Assembly: GCA_027002265.1 (NCBI GenBank)
Contig: JAMOTM010000056.1
Coordinates: 30,977-94,976, forward strand
Length of the DNA: 64,000 nt
Reading direction: 5' to 3'
DNA from: Aquificota bacterium
GTDB lineage: Bacteria > Aquificota > Aquificia > Desulfurobacteriales > DQVG01
This document shows, piece after piece, positions 37,017 through 45,922 of the stretch. Made by a program: the position numbers and the translations under genes. The notes beneath the pieces are model-generated. The model worked only from the letters and a program-made list of their open reading frames with translations. It did not search any database and was not told the DNA's origin. The number at the start of each line of letters is the position of its first letter. Position 1 is the first letter of the stretch.

Positions 37017-39131
37017 TTATTTATCATTTTTTAACTTTTCTAAATATTCTTTAACCTTTTCAAAGGGCATAGGAGGAGAGAAATAATATCCTTGTAGATA
37101 ATCGACTCCTAGTTTGTTTAAAAGTTTTGCAGTTTCTTCATCCTCAACAAATTCTGCAATGGTTTTTAAGTGGAGTTTTCTTGCCATAATTACAATAGTT
37201 TCTACAATTTCCTGCTTTTTCCTATTAATTTTTAAATCTTTAACCAAAGATCCGTCTATTTTAAGGTATTTAATAATTCCTCGAATAGATAAATCCAAAA
37301 CTGTATGTAAAGAAGAAAATCCAGTTCCAAAATCATCTATTGCAAAATCTAAATTTAGTTCTTTTCTTAGTTTTTCAATTTGCTCTAAATTTTCTAAAAT
37401 AAATTGTTCGGTAATCTCAAAGACGGTATTTCCAAGGTATATGTTTTTTAACTCTTCCAAAATATGTTTAGAATACAAAGATTTTGGAGACAAATTAACA
37501 AAAAGCTTTACAGGAAGTTCTTTTCTAATTTTGGATATATATTTAAGCATTTGAATATCAATATCTAAAATAAGACCTGTTTCAATAGCTACATCAATGA
37601 ACATACCTGCAGGTAAAACTTTATTATTATCTACAATTCTTGCAAGACATTCAAACGCGTATGGTTTGTATGTTTTTGAGTCTACGATAGGTTGAAAATA
37701 AGCAATAACTTTCTGTTCTTTTATAGCTTTTTGTAAAATTTTTTCTTTTTCCATAATATCTTCAAGTTTTAAACGAAAATCTGCATGACCTTCATAAATA
37801 ACTATTGAACCCTTGCTTTGGTTTTTTGCATAATCTTCCAAATATTCAACAAAGGAAAAAAAATCACATGAATTTTTTAAACATTTAGAACAATCTATTT
37901 TTTCCTTCACTACCATAGTAAATTTTGGAATATACTCTAAACCATTTTCTAAATATATGGGTTTTTCAAGTTTGTCTTTTATACTTTTTAAAAAAGCATA
38001 ATCCTTAAATTTTTTATCTTGAGAAGGAATGAAAATTACAAAAGTATTAGACCAAAATCGTGAGATTAACGGATTAAAATCTTTAAAAACAGATTTTATT
38101 CTTTCAGCAATTAATCTTAAAAGATTATCTCCAGATTTCCTACCGTAAATTTCATTAAATCTTTTAAACTTTACAAGATCTAAAATAATGATATATCCTT
38201 TTTTATTTTTTGTATACTCAAAAAATACATCTCTGTTTAAAGTATTTGTTAAATCATCTTTGATAAGGAGTTCCTCCATTTTTTTTCTTTCTTTACAGAA
38301 TAAAATTAAGGAAGAAATAACAAGAATAACTCCAAATAAAATAGAGATTATAGATAACCTTTCGTAAAATTTCTCTTTCTTTTGTAACTTTGTTTCTTCC
38401 TCTAAAAGTTCCATCTTTGTATTTTTTAAAAATATATAAAATTGATTTTTTAAATCCTCAAATATGCAATTTATTAAGTTATCTATTAAGTTTGTAGAAT
38501 TAAACATATTTTTGTCAAAGTGTAAATTACATTTTTGTATAAAATCTTCAGAATAATAGAATTTTAGTAACCTAATTAAGTGATAAATATAATCCTTGGA
38601 TATATTACTATTAGTAACAAAAGTTTTTGAAAAATCTTGAAGATGCCAATATAAATTTTCTTCTTCATTTTGTAAATCCTTAAATTTTAAAGGAAAAGAA
38701 AAAGAACCTTTTCCTTGCAAATTTTTAAAAATTCTTTTCTCGAGTTTTCCAATAAGAAATGCAAAATCAAAAGTTTGGGCTTGATTGTGTTTTATCTTAT
38801 TTATTAACACTTCTAAATCTTTTTTTAATTTTTGATCATCTAGTAAATTTAAAGTTTGCTCTAATATATTTTCAGACTTAATTTTTAATTTTTTGTTTCT
38901 TTTAGAAAGGGTATAATATATTTCAGCTTGATGAATATTTATTAAAGCTTGAAAATATTTTTCTATATTATGCAAATTATAATTTACATAATGATACTGC
39001 GTTAATTTTTGATAATAATCTTCCTTAAGCTTTAAACCTATAGCTCCAATAATAAAAAAAATCATAGATAAAAGTCCTATTATAGGGCTTATAATAATTT
39101 GAAAACGTTTCTTTCTTGTCATATCCTTCAC
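37017..39131 (-). CDS. Membrane-anchored degenerate-GGDEF + EAL c-di-GMP phosphodiesterase
   Basis: Two TM segments flank a ~240-aa N-terminal domain. The GGDEF-like domain has RFWSNTF in place of GGDEF. EAL domain motifs: FECLARI, NLSPKS, EITE, DDFGTGFSSL, KIDGSLV, AEFVE, QGYYFSPP. Confidence 0.85.
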   Translation of the reverse strand: MKDMTRKKRFQIIISPIIGLLSMIFFIIGAIGLKLKEDYYQKLTQYHYVNYNLHNIEKYFQALINIHQAEIYYTLSKRNKKLKIKSENILEQTLNLLDDQKLKKDLEVLINKIKHNQAQTFDFAFLIGKLEKRIFKNLQGKGSFSFPLKFKDLQNEEENLYWHLQDFSKTFVTNSNISKDYIYHLIRLLKFYYSEDFIQKCNLHFDKNMFNSTNLIDNLINCIFEDLKNQFYIFLKNTKMELLEEETKLQKKEKFYERLSIISILFGVILVISSLILFCKERKKMEELLIKDDLTNTLNRDVFFEYTKNKKGYIIILDLVKFKRFNEIYGRKSGDNLLRLIAERIKSVFKDFNPLISRFWSNTFVIFIPSQDKKFKDYAFLKSIKDKLEKPIYLENGLEYIPKFTMVVKEKIDCSKCLKNSCDFFSFVEYLEDYAKNQSKGSIVIYEGHADFRLKLEDIMEKEKILQKAIKEQKVIAYFQPIVDSKTYKPYAFECLARIVDNNKVLPAGMFIDVAIETGLILDIDIQMLKYISKIRKELPVKLFVNLSPKSLYSKHILEELKNIYLGNTVFEITEQFILENLEQIEKLRKELNLDFAIDDFGTGFSSLHTVLDLSIRGIIKYLKIDGSLVKDLKINRKKQEIVETIVIMARKLHLKTIAEFVEDEETAKLLNKLGVDYLQGYYFSPPMPFEKVKEYLEKLKNDK

Positions 39132-39163
39132 CTTTCTAAGTTTACTATCAATTTAATAAAGTA

Positions 39164-39195
39164 TATAAAATTTTATAATTATAAAATTTTATAAT
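39164..39195. repeat. Perfect tandem duplication of a 16-bp unit containing the 12-bp palindrome ATAAAATTTTAT (possible operator/promoter element)
   Basis: TATAAAATTTTATAAT (39164-39179) is repeated exactly at 39180-39195, 33-64 nt upstream of the start (39131, minus strand) of the GGDEF*-EAL gene. It contains TATAAT hexamers. Confidence 0.4.
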
Positions 39196-39221
39196 AAAGT
39201 TTTATAAAGTACTTTCAAGTA

Positions 39222-40238
39222 CTAATTATTTAAAGTTTTATAGGAAATATATTTTTTAGGAAGATATAAAGCTTTAGCTTTACCATCTAGGGCAAAAAAT
39301 GGTAAAGCTAAGGGAGATAAGGTAGAATAAAGTTTTAATAAAATTTTATCTCTTTTTTTATTTTCTACTTTAAAATGGTAAACACTTTTTACGGGATCAC
39401 AATCAAAAAGGTAGTAAGGTTTAATTTTTAAATCTCTTAAAGTTTTAAAAAGTTTAGATAACTCTTTATAACTATCATTAATTCCTTTAAGTAAAACAGT
39501 TTGAGAATAAACCTTAAAATTTTTTGAAAGTTTTTTTAAAAGATTTATATTTTCCTCTATAAGTTCATTTATATGATTTATATGAATAACAAAAATCAAT
39601 TTTTCGAAAGCTTTAAATTTATCTATAAGATCATCTGTGAAAAAATTTGGAGCATTTATTACAGATTTACTTGCAAATCTAATTATTTTTATGTGCTTGA
39701 TTTTTTCTAAATTCCCTAAAAGAGAAAATAAAATATTTTTAGAAAGTAAAATTGGTTCACCTCCAGAAACTAAAACTTCCTCAATTTCTTTGTGCTTTTT
39801 TAAATAATCTAGGATTTTTTCTAAATCTTTGTTGTCTATCAAAAATGACTTTCCCCAATTTTTCTTTCTCATACAAAATCTACAAAAAGCAGGGCACATA
39901 TTTGTAGTAACTATTAGAGCTCTATTTGGATATTTATGAACTAAAATTGGAATTTTTCCTTTAAAAACTTTTCCATAAACCTTTTCTTGATATGGATCTA
40001 CAGTTTTTTGTTTAAAACTTTTAAGCTCATCTATATGAGGAAAATACATCTTAAAAATTGGATCTTCAAAAGAAAAGTTTTTTATTTGCTTTAGTATGAA
40101 AGGTGTAATCTTAAAAGGATAAATTCTACTTACCTTTCTAAAAACAAAGGAATAATTTTTTTCCTTTACTTTTTTTAAAATAGAATTTATGTTGATATAG
40201 CTTTTTTTTAGCATCCTATAAATCCATTTCGAAATCAA
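39222..40238 (-). CDS. KamA-family radical SAM protein (lysine 2,3-aminomutase/EpmB-like)
   Basis: Motifs: TNMCPAFCRFCMRK (CxxxCxxC), VLVSGGEP, characteristic KPYYLF. Confidence 0.85.
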   Translation of the reverse strand: MISKWIYRMLKKSYININSILKKVKEKNYSFVFRKVSRIYPFKITPFILKQIKNFSFEDPIFKMYFPHIDELKSFKQKTVDPYQEKVYGKVFKGKIPILVHKYPNRALIVTTNMCPAFCRFCMRKKNWGKSFLIDNKDLEKILDYLKKHKEIEEVLVSGGEPILLSKNILFSLLGNLEKIKHIKIIRFASKSVINAPNFFTDDLIDKFKAFEKLIFVIHINHINELIEENINLLKKLSKNFKVYSQTVLLKGINDSYKELSKLFKTLRDLKIKPYYLFDCDPVKSVYHFKVENKKRDKILLKLYSTLSPLALPFFALDGKAKALYLPKKYISYKTLNN

Positions 40239-40267
40239 ATAAATAGTATAGGGGAGAAAAATCTCCC

Positions 40268-40936
40268 CTATAAAGAAATATCTAAAATATCATAATTTTC
40301 TAAAATTTCTTTTTTTGTTCCAAACTTTAAAAATTTAATAGTATCTTTTTCCAAATATGTATATAAAGCTGCATAATCTCCATAATAACTTGGAATTTCC
40401 ATAATATATATATTCTCACTTAAAGCCTTTGAGTGCTCTTCTAAATTTCCAAGAGATTTTATAAAAGCATCAAATAAAAAGGGTTTTTGAGCTAAAGAGG
40501 CAATAAAGCTTTTTCTAAAATTTTTAGAAAATAAAACTTTTTTGTTTTCTTTAGATGCTACAAAAGAAGAAAGTGCATTTAAAGCTATTTCTAAAAAAAG
40601 CTCTAAACGAGAAGGTGTAAAAATTTGTTTTTTTTGAATTTCAATTTCATGGGAAAGTTCAAAAATTTTTTGGTTAAGTTTATTAATTTTTTCTTCTCTT
40701 TTTCTTATTTCATTTTTTAAATAATTGATATCCTCTTTTGTCTCTAAAGAACTTTTTTTCTTTTTAGCCAGCAACATTTTTTTATCTTTGGAAATAGATT
40801 TTTTTTCTGCTTTTTCCTTTTTTTCCGATTCTATTTTTTCTAAGGTTTGAGTAGAAGATGAATTTTGAAGAGCTTTTTCCCTTTGCAAAAATATAGCTTC
40901 AAGATCTTTTATATCTTCATTTGATAATGGATACAT
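40268..40936 (-). CDS. Hypothetical coiled-coil protein
   Basis: ORF with K/E-rich coiled-coil centre. ATG 40936 is preceded by GGGGGTGA. An alternative start at 40951 lies inside that RBS-like sequence. Confidence 0.4.
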   Translation of the reverse strand: MYPLSNEDIKDLEAIFLQREKALQNSSSTQTLEKIESEKKEKAEKKSISKDKKMLLAKKKKSSLETKEDINYLKNEIRKREEKINKLNQKIFELSHEIEIQKKQIFTPSRLELFLEIALNALSSFVASKENKKVLFSKNFRKSFIASLAQKPFLFDAFIKSLGNLEEHSKALSENIYIMEIPSYYGDYAALYTYLEKDTIKFLKFGTKKEILENYDILDISL

Positions 40937-41135
40937 TTCTATCACCCCCATAGAACTTCTAACCTGATTTTAAAATTTAAACTACTTTTTCATATCTTCA
41001 AATTTAATTTTTTGAAGCGAAATTAAAATTAATTATACCGAACTTAGAAATTGGAAAGATGTAAAAATTTTGTAAAAAAATGATAAAATTACTTTGCTTC
41101 AAGATTTAAATGATTTAAATATAAGGAGGGTAAAA

Positions 41136-43133
41136 GTGGGATTAAATGTTACCCAAAAAATTATCAAAAATCATCTTGTAGAGGGAGATTGGACAAAACC
41201 AGGTAGTCCGATTGCAATTAGAATTGATCAAACTTTAACCCAAGATGCTACTGGAACTATGGCATATTTACACTTTGAAGCTATGAGAATTCCAAAGGTT
41301 CAAACTGAACTTTCTGTATCTTATGTAGATCATAACACTCTACAGGCTGGAGGACCGGAAAACGCAAATGACCATCTCTTTTTACAAACCGTAGCAGCAA
41401 AATATGGAATTTACTTTTCCAAAGCAGGAAGTGGAATTTGTCACCAACTTCATTTAGAAAGATTCGGAATTCCTGGAAAAACTTTACTTGGATCAGATTC
41501 CCATACCCCAACTGCGGGTGGACTTGGTATGCTCGCTATCGGAGCTGGGGGTATGGACGTAGCACTTGCAATGGCAGGGGAGCCATTTTATTTAAAAATG
41601 CCAAAGGTAGTAGGAGTAAAGCTTGTTGGAAAACTTAGACCATTTGTATCTGCAAAAGACGTTATTTTAGAGCTTTTAAGAAGACTTTCTGTAAAAGGTG
41701 GTCTTGGAAAAGTATTTGAATATTTTGGACCTGGAGTAAAAACTTTAACTGTTCCAGAAAGAGCTACTATTTGTAATATGGGTGCAGAACTTGGAGCTAC
41801 AACTTCTATTTTCCCATCTGATGAGCAAACCTATGCTTTCTTAAAAGCTCAAGGAAGAGAAAGAGAGTGGAGAAGACTTGAAGCTGATCCAGATGCTACT
41901 TATGATGAAATTATTGAAATTGATCTTTCAGAAATAGAACCTTTAATTGCATGTCCTCACTCTCCAGATAATGTTGTTCCAGTAAGAGAAATTGAAGGTT
42001 TAGAAGTAGATCAAGTTGCAATTGGTTCTTGTACTAACTCTTCTTATAGAGACTTAAAGATGGTAGCTCAAATGTTTAAACAAATGGAAGAAAAGTATGG
42101 ACCAAAAGCAGCTTTAGTTGCTAGAAACATTTCTGCAGCAATATCTCCAGGTTCTAAAAATGTACTTCATCATTTAGTTGCAGAAGGAGATTATGCAGTT
42201 CTTTTAAGAGCCGGATTTAGATTTTTAGAATGTGCTTGTGGACCTTGTATCGGTATGGGATTTGCACCACCATCTAAAGGTAAATCTGTTAGAACCTTTA
42301 ACAGAAACTTTGAGGGTAGAAGTGGAACAAAAGATGCAGAAGTTTACTTATGTTCTCCAGAAACTGCGGCAGCAACTGCTATGAAGGGAGTAATTACTGA
42401 TCCTAGAAACTTAGGTTTAGATGAAATTAAAATTACAATGCCAGAAAAATTTATTGTAGACGAATCTTTAATTTACGCTCCAGCTGCAAATCCAGATGAA
42501 GTAGAAGTTATTAAAAAACCAACTATTAGATATTTTGAACCTAGACCTCCAATGCCAGATGTTTTAGAGGGAGAAGTTTTAATTAAAGTAGGTGATAATA
42601 TTACTACAGACCATATTATTCCAGGTGGAGCCAAAATCTTACCACTTCGTTCTAATATTCCAGCTATTTCTCAATATACTTTCAGCATTTTTGAAGATGA
42701 AAAAGGAAACTTTGCTAAAAAAGCTCAAGAAAAAGGTGGTGGATTTATTGTTGGAGGTGAAAACTACGGACAAGGTTCTTCCAGAGAACACGCAGCTATT
42801 TGTCCAATGTATCTTGGAGTAAAAGCTGTTTTAGCAAAATCTTTTGCAAGAATTCATAGAGCTAATCTTATTAATTTTGGAATTGTTCCGTTTATCTTTA
42901 AAAATAAAGAAGACTACGATAAAATTGATGAAGGAGATACATTAGTAATAGATGTAAAAGATCTAACTCCAGGTGGAATTACAAAGTGCACAGTTAAAAA
43001 ACCATCTGGGGAAGAATTTATTATAGAGCTTACAAATGATCTTTCTCAAAGAGAGGTAGATATTCTTAAAGCTGGTGGAATTTTAAATTATGTTGGAGAA
43101 AAAGTAAGAAAAAGACTTGGTATTCAAGAATAA
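41136..43133 (+). CDS. acn: Aconitate hydratase (aconitase/IPM-isomerase superfamily, ~665 aa form)
   Basis: Motifs: IDQTLTQDATG, GSDSHT, IGSCTNSS, CGPCIG, NRNFEGR; swivel domain GENYGQGSSREHAA. GTG 41136 with AAGGAGGG RBS is preferred over TTG 41094. Confidence 0.92.
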   Translation: MGLNVTQKIIKNHLVEGDWTKPGSPIAIRIDQTLTQDATGTMAYLHFEAMRIPKVQTELSVSYVDHNTLQAGGPENANDHLFLQTVAAKYGIYFSKAGSGICHQLHLERFGIPGKTLLGSDSHTPTAGGLGMLAIGAGGMDVALAMAGEPFYLKMPKVVGVKLVGKLRPFVSAKDVILELLRRLSVKGGLGKVFEYFGPGVKTLTVPERATICNMGAELGATTSIFPSDEQTYAFLKAQGREREWRRLEADPDATYDEIIEIDLSEIEPLIACPHSPDNVVPVREIEGLEVDQVAIGSCTNSSYRDLKMVAQMFKQMEEKYGPKAALVARNISAAISPGSKNVLHHLVAEGDYAVLLRAGFRFLECACGPCIGMGFAPPSKGKSVRTFNRNFEGRSGTKDAEVYLCSPETAAATAMKGVITDPRNLGLDEIKITMPEKFIVDESLIYAPAANPDEVEVIKKPTIRYFEPRPPMPDVLEGEVLIKVGDNITTDHIIPGGAKILPLRSNIPAISQYTFSIFEDEKGNFAKKAQEKGGGFIVGGENYGQGSSREHAAICPMYLGVKAVLAKSFARIHRANLINFGIVPFIFKNKEDYDKIDEGDTLVIDVKDLTPGGITKCTVKKPSGEEFIIELTNDLSQREVDILKAGGILNYVGEKVRKRLGIQE

Positions 43134-43136
43134 TTT

Positions 43137-43166
43137 TTAGGGGGGATGTTGCCCCCCTAATTTTAA
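43137..43166. terminator. Terminator hairpin between convergent acn and nfi
   Basis: TTAGGGGGG-ATGTTG-CCCCCCTAA (43137-43160), then TTTTAA on the plus strand. It lies 3 nt after the acn stop and 10 nt after the nfi stop. Confidence 0.65.
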
Positions 43167-43170
43167 AAAT

Positions 43171-43893
43171 CTAAAATAGTTTTCCAAATTTTTCTTTATT
43201 TAAAAGCTCTTTTCTTATAGAATTACAATATAAATGAGCAAGCCTGGTAGGTTCTGGTAAACGGTATCCTTTTAAAGATTTTTTCACAATCTCTAATGCT
43301 GTTAAAGGTGTTAGATAATTTCCGGGAGATATATAAATAGGAGTTACTTTTTTTCTACTTCTTAAAACATATCCTAAAATTTCTTTTGTTTTTTCATCAT
43401 ATAAAGGAACATAACTACCTTTTTCTAAAGGTAGCTCTTCATGTTTACCATATAAAAGTTTTTTAGCACAACCTATAGTAGGAATCTCTAAAGTAGCACC
43501 TATGTGAGAGGCAATACCCATTTTCCTAGGATGAGCAATTCCGTGACCGTCTACTATCAGTACATCTGGTTTTATTTTTAATTTTTTATAAGCTGAAAGA
43601 ATTAAAGGAGCTTCCCTAAAAGCTAAAAATCCAGGAATATAAGGCATATTAACTATATCTATACTATAAGTTTTATCCACAATTTTCCAAGTTTTAAAAT
43701 CAAAAACTAATATAACTCCTATTCCTCTACAAGGATTTGAGAAGGGATTTAGAAAGGTTAAGTCACAACCAGCAATATATCTAATTTTATCTATATTTAT
43801 CTTATCTTCTAAGATAAGTTTCTTTCTTAAAGAATACTGAATTTTTTTTAAATCTTCTAAAAAATTATTTTTCTTCAAATTTATTTTCCTCAA
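43171..43893 (-). CDS. nfi: Endonuclease V
   Basis: Motifs: IAGCDL, FREAP, DVLIVDGHGIAHPRKMGIASHIG, PIYISPGN. Confidence 0.93.
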   Translation of the reverse strand: MRKINLKKNNFLEDLKKIQYSLRKKLILEDKINIDKIRYIAGCDLTFLNPFSNPCRGIGVILVFDFKTWKIVDKTYSIDIVNMPYIPGFLAFREAPLILSAYKKLKIKPDVLIVDGHGIAHPRKMGIASHIGATLEIPTIGCAKKLLYGKHEELPLEKGSYVPLYDEKTKEILGYVLRSRKKVTPIYISPGNYLTPLTALEIVKKSLKGYRLPEPTRLAHLYCNSIRKELLNKEKFGKLF

Positions 43894-44635
43894 ATTCTCT
43901 TATATATATAAATCTACCACAATAAGGACATCTACTTTTACCAAATTGAAGCTTTCTTAAAATTTCCATAAATTCTACCGAGGAATATTTCATACCACAT
44001 CCTTCACACACGCCATCTGTAACATCCGAAAAAACTAAAGCTCCATATAAATTTTTATATTTATCAAAAATTTCCATATAATGAGGATTTTTTTCTTTAA
44101 TTTCAGATTTTAATTTTTCTAATTCTTCTTCTAACTTTTTGTATTCTTCTTCTAATTTACTTAGTTCATCTTTTAAAAATTTTATGACAACTTCATTTTC
44201 TTCTTTTATTTTTTTTATTTCTTCAAAAAGGGCTTGATATTTTTCCTTTTCTTCATCATAAGCTCCTTCTAAATCTATAATATCTTCTTGAGTTTCCAAA
44301 AGTTCTTTTTCAAGCTTAGCTATTTCTCGAGCAAGTTTTTTGAATTCTTCGGGGGAAGAAGCATTTTCTTGAAGTTTTTTTAGTTCTTGAATTTTTTCTC
44401 TTAAATATTTTGCTTTTTCCTTTAGCTCTCTAATTTTATTTTGATATTCTTTTAAAGTATTTCCTAACTTTTCTAGTTCTTTTTCTTTTTCAGAAATAAA
44501 ATTTTCAATTTCCTTTATTTGTTTTTCTTTTTCTTTAATTTTAATTTCAAGTTGTCTTTTTTTTATTACCTTTCTTTGATAATTAATTACCTTTTTTTCA
44601 TCATCAGAATACTTGTAAAATATATTTAAAGACAT
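43865..44635 (-). CDS. Coiled-coil protein with C-terminal zinc ribbon (COG1579/DUF164-like)
   Basis: About 190 aa of K/E heptad-rich sequence, then CEGCGM...(x19)...CPYCGR. Confidence 0.7.
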   Translation of the reverse strand: MSLNIFYKYSDDEKKVINYQRKVIKKRQLEIKIKEKEKQIKEIENFISEKEKELEKLGNTLKEYQNKIRELKEKAKYLREKIQELKKLQENASSPEEFKKLAREIAKLEKELLETQEDIIDLEGAYDEEKEKYQALFEEIKKIKEENEVVIKFLKDELSKLEEEYKKLEEELEKLKSEIKEKNPHYMEIFDKYKNLYGALVFSDVTDGVCEGCGMKYSSVEFMEILRKLQFGKSRCPYCGRFIYIREFEENKFEEK

Positions 44636-44731
44636 GTTTTTCCCCCTTAACTTCTTTCAAAGAGAAATATAACACTTTGAAATTTTAAGGTCAACTATAT
44701 TTTATGTAGAAGAGAAAAATAAAATTTACTT

Positions 44732-45370
44732 TTATAAAGAAGATAAGATATCAACCTGTTTATTATTTATATCAATTAAAGCACCTATTTTTCCAGGATT
44801 TACAAAAAGAGTTTCTTTATATATTTCAATAGAGCCAGCAAATTCATGAACGTGTCCACAAATATAGATATCTATATTAAAAGTATCTACTATTTTCCTT
44901 AAAGCTTTTGAACCTCTTAAATTATCTAAAATTCCAAAAGGGGGAGAGTGAGCTAAAAATATATCTATATGAGAAACTTTGTAATTTTCAAATAAGTCCA
45001 AAAGTTCAACTTCTCTTATAACTTCATCAAACTCATAAGGCGTTCCCGCATATGGAGCTTCGCAGCCTCCCGTTCCTACAATAATTTTTCCTTTATATTT
45101 TTTTACTTTTAAATCTATAACCTCTATGTTTTTAAAATCATATTTTTTTATTAAACTTTCTATAAATTCACTTCTTTCGTTGTTTCCACCTACAAAAAAA
45201 GTTTTAACTTGATTTAGAAGTTCCAAAATGGCTTTAATAGGACCTCTTTCCGAAAATGAAATATCTCCAGCACAAAATACTGGAAGATTATAAGCTTTTG
45301 CAAAATTAATAATTTTTGTAAGTCTAACAACATCTCCATGAATATCACTAATAGCAATTATTTTTTCCAT
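44732..45370 (-). CDS. Metallophosphoesterase (calcineurin-like)
   Basis: Motifs: IAISDIHGD, AGDISF, GGNNE, AHSPP, CGHVHE. Confidence 0.8.
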   Translation of the reverse strand: MEKIIAISDIHGDVVRLTKIINFAKAYNLPVFCAGDISFSERGPIKAILELLNQVKTFFVGGNNERSEFIESLIKKYDFKNIEVIDLKVKKYKGKIIVGTGGCEAPYAGTPYEFDEVIREVELLDLFENYKVSHIDIFLAHSPPFGILDNLRGSKALRKIVDTFNIDIYICGHVHEFAGSIEIYKETLFVNPGKIGALIDINNKQVDILSSL

Positions 45371-45580
45371 AAAATCCCTCTCTTTTAATTGTTTGCATAA
45401 AAATTTTATATTGTTAAATTTTATATTATTTATTTAAATAACTTAAAATTTTTACATAACAAATAAAAGTGTTATCAAAAGTTTATTTTCATTTATAAAA
45501 CATCTAATAATATAGATTTTTGTAATAAAATTATTTAAGCAATATAAATACCAAATCCACTTAATAAAGGAGGCCTTAGA

Positions 45581-45895
45581 ATGATTTTATCTTTTGGAGA
45601 AATTCCACAACCTCATGAAGTTTTAACTTTGGTTTATGCTTATGCGGAGGCGGATCCAGATACCTTCTTTACTAAAGATGAGCAAGGTCAAGATATTTTA
45701 CCAACTGATTACATTATGTACGTTGTAGATATGCTTATTAAGGCAGCTCAAGAGCAGTATCAAGCAAACGGTTTAAAAAATATTCAAATAAAAATAATTC
45801 CGGCAAAGAATAAAGAAGGAAAAGAAATTTATAGAATTTTTGGAATGGCCACAGCGGTAAGAGTTCATATTACTTATCAAATGCCAAATATCTAA
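45581..45895 (+). CDS. Small hypothetical protein (possibly YbjQ/UPF0145-like fold)
   Basis: 104-aa ORF with RBS AAAGGAGG. Weak pattern similarity to YbjQ (C-terminal ...IFGMATAVRV). Confidence 0.4.
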   Translation: MILSFGEIPQPHEVLTLVYAYAEADPDTFFTKDEQGQDILPTDYIMYVVDMLIKAAQEQYQANGLKNIQIKIIPAKNKEGKEIYRIFGMATAVRVHITYQMPNI

Positions 45896-45922
45896 AATTA
45901 AGAAAACAAATAAGGTGATAAA

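Noticed and set aside
40268-40951. The C-terminal ~40 aa (GDYAALYTYLEKDTIKFLKFGTKKEI) vaguely resemble the RelE/ParE toxin core. This suggests a toxin-antitoxin-like fusion.
   Set aside because: The match is a short, low-information pattern. There is no antitoxin-sized partner, and the rest of the protein is a long coiled coil. This is not supportable by eye.
41136-43133. The aconitase gene looks visibly less AT-rich and less K/E-rich than its neighbours. This raises possible horizontal transfer.
   Set aside because: The same shift is seen in other highly conserved or highly expressed genes here (flgI, livJ-like, hydrogenase subunits). There are no flanking mobility genes or repeats. Compositional statistics were not computed.
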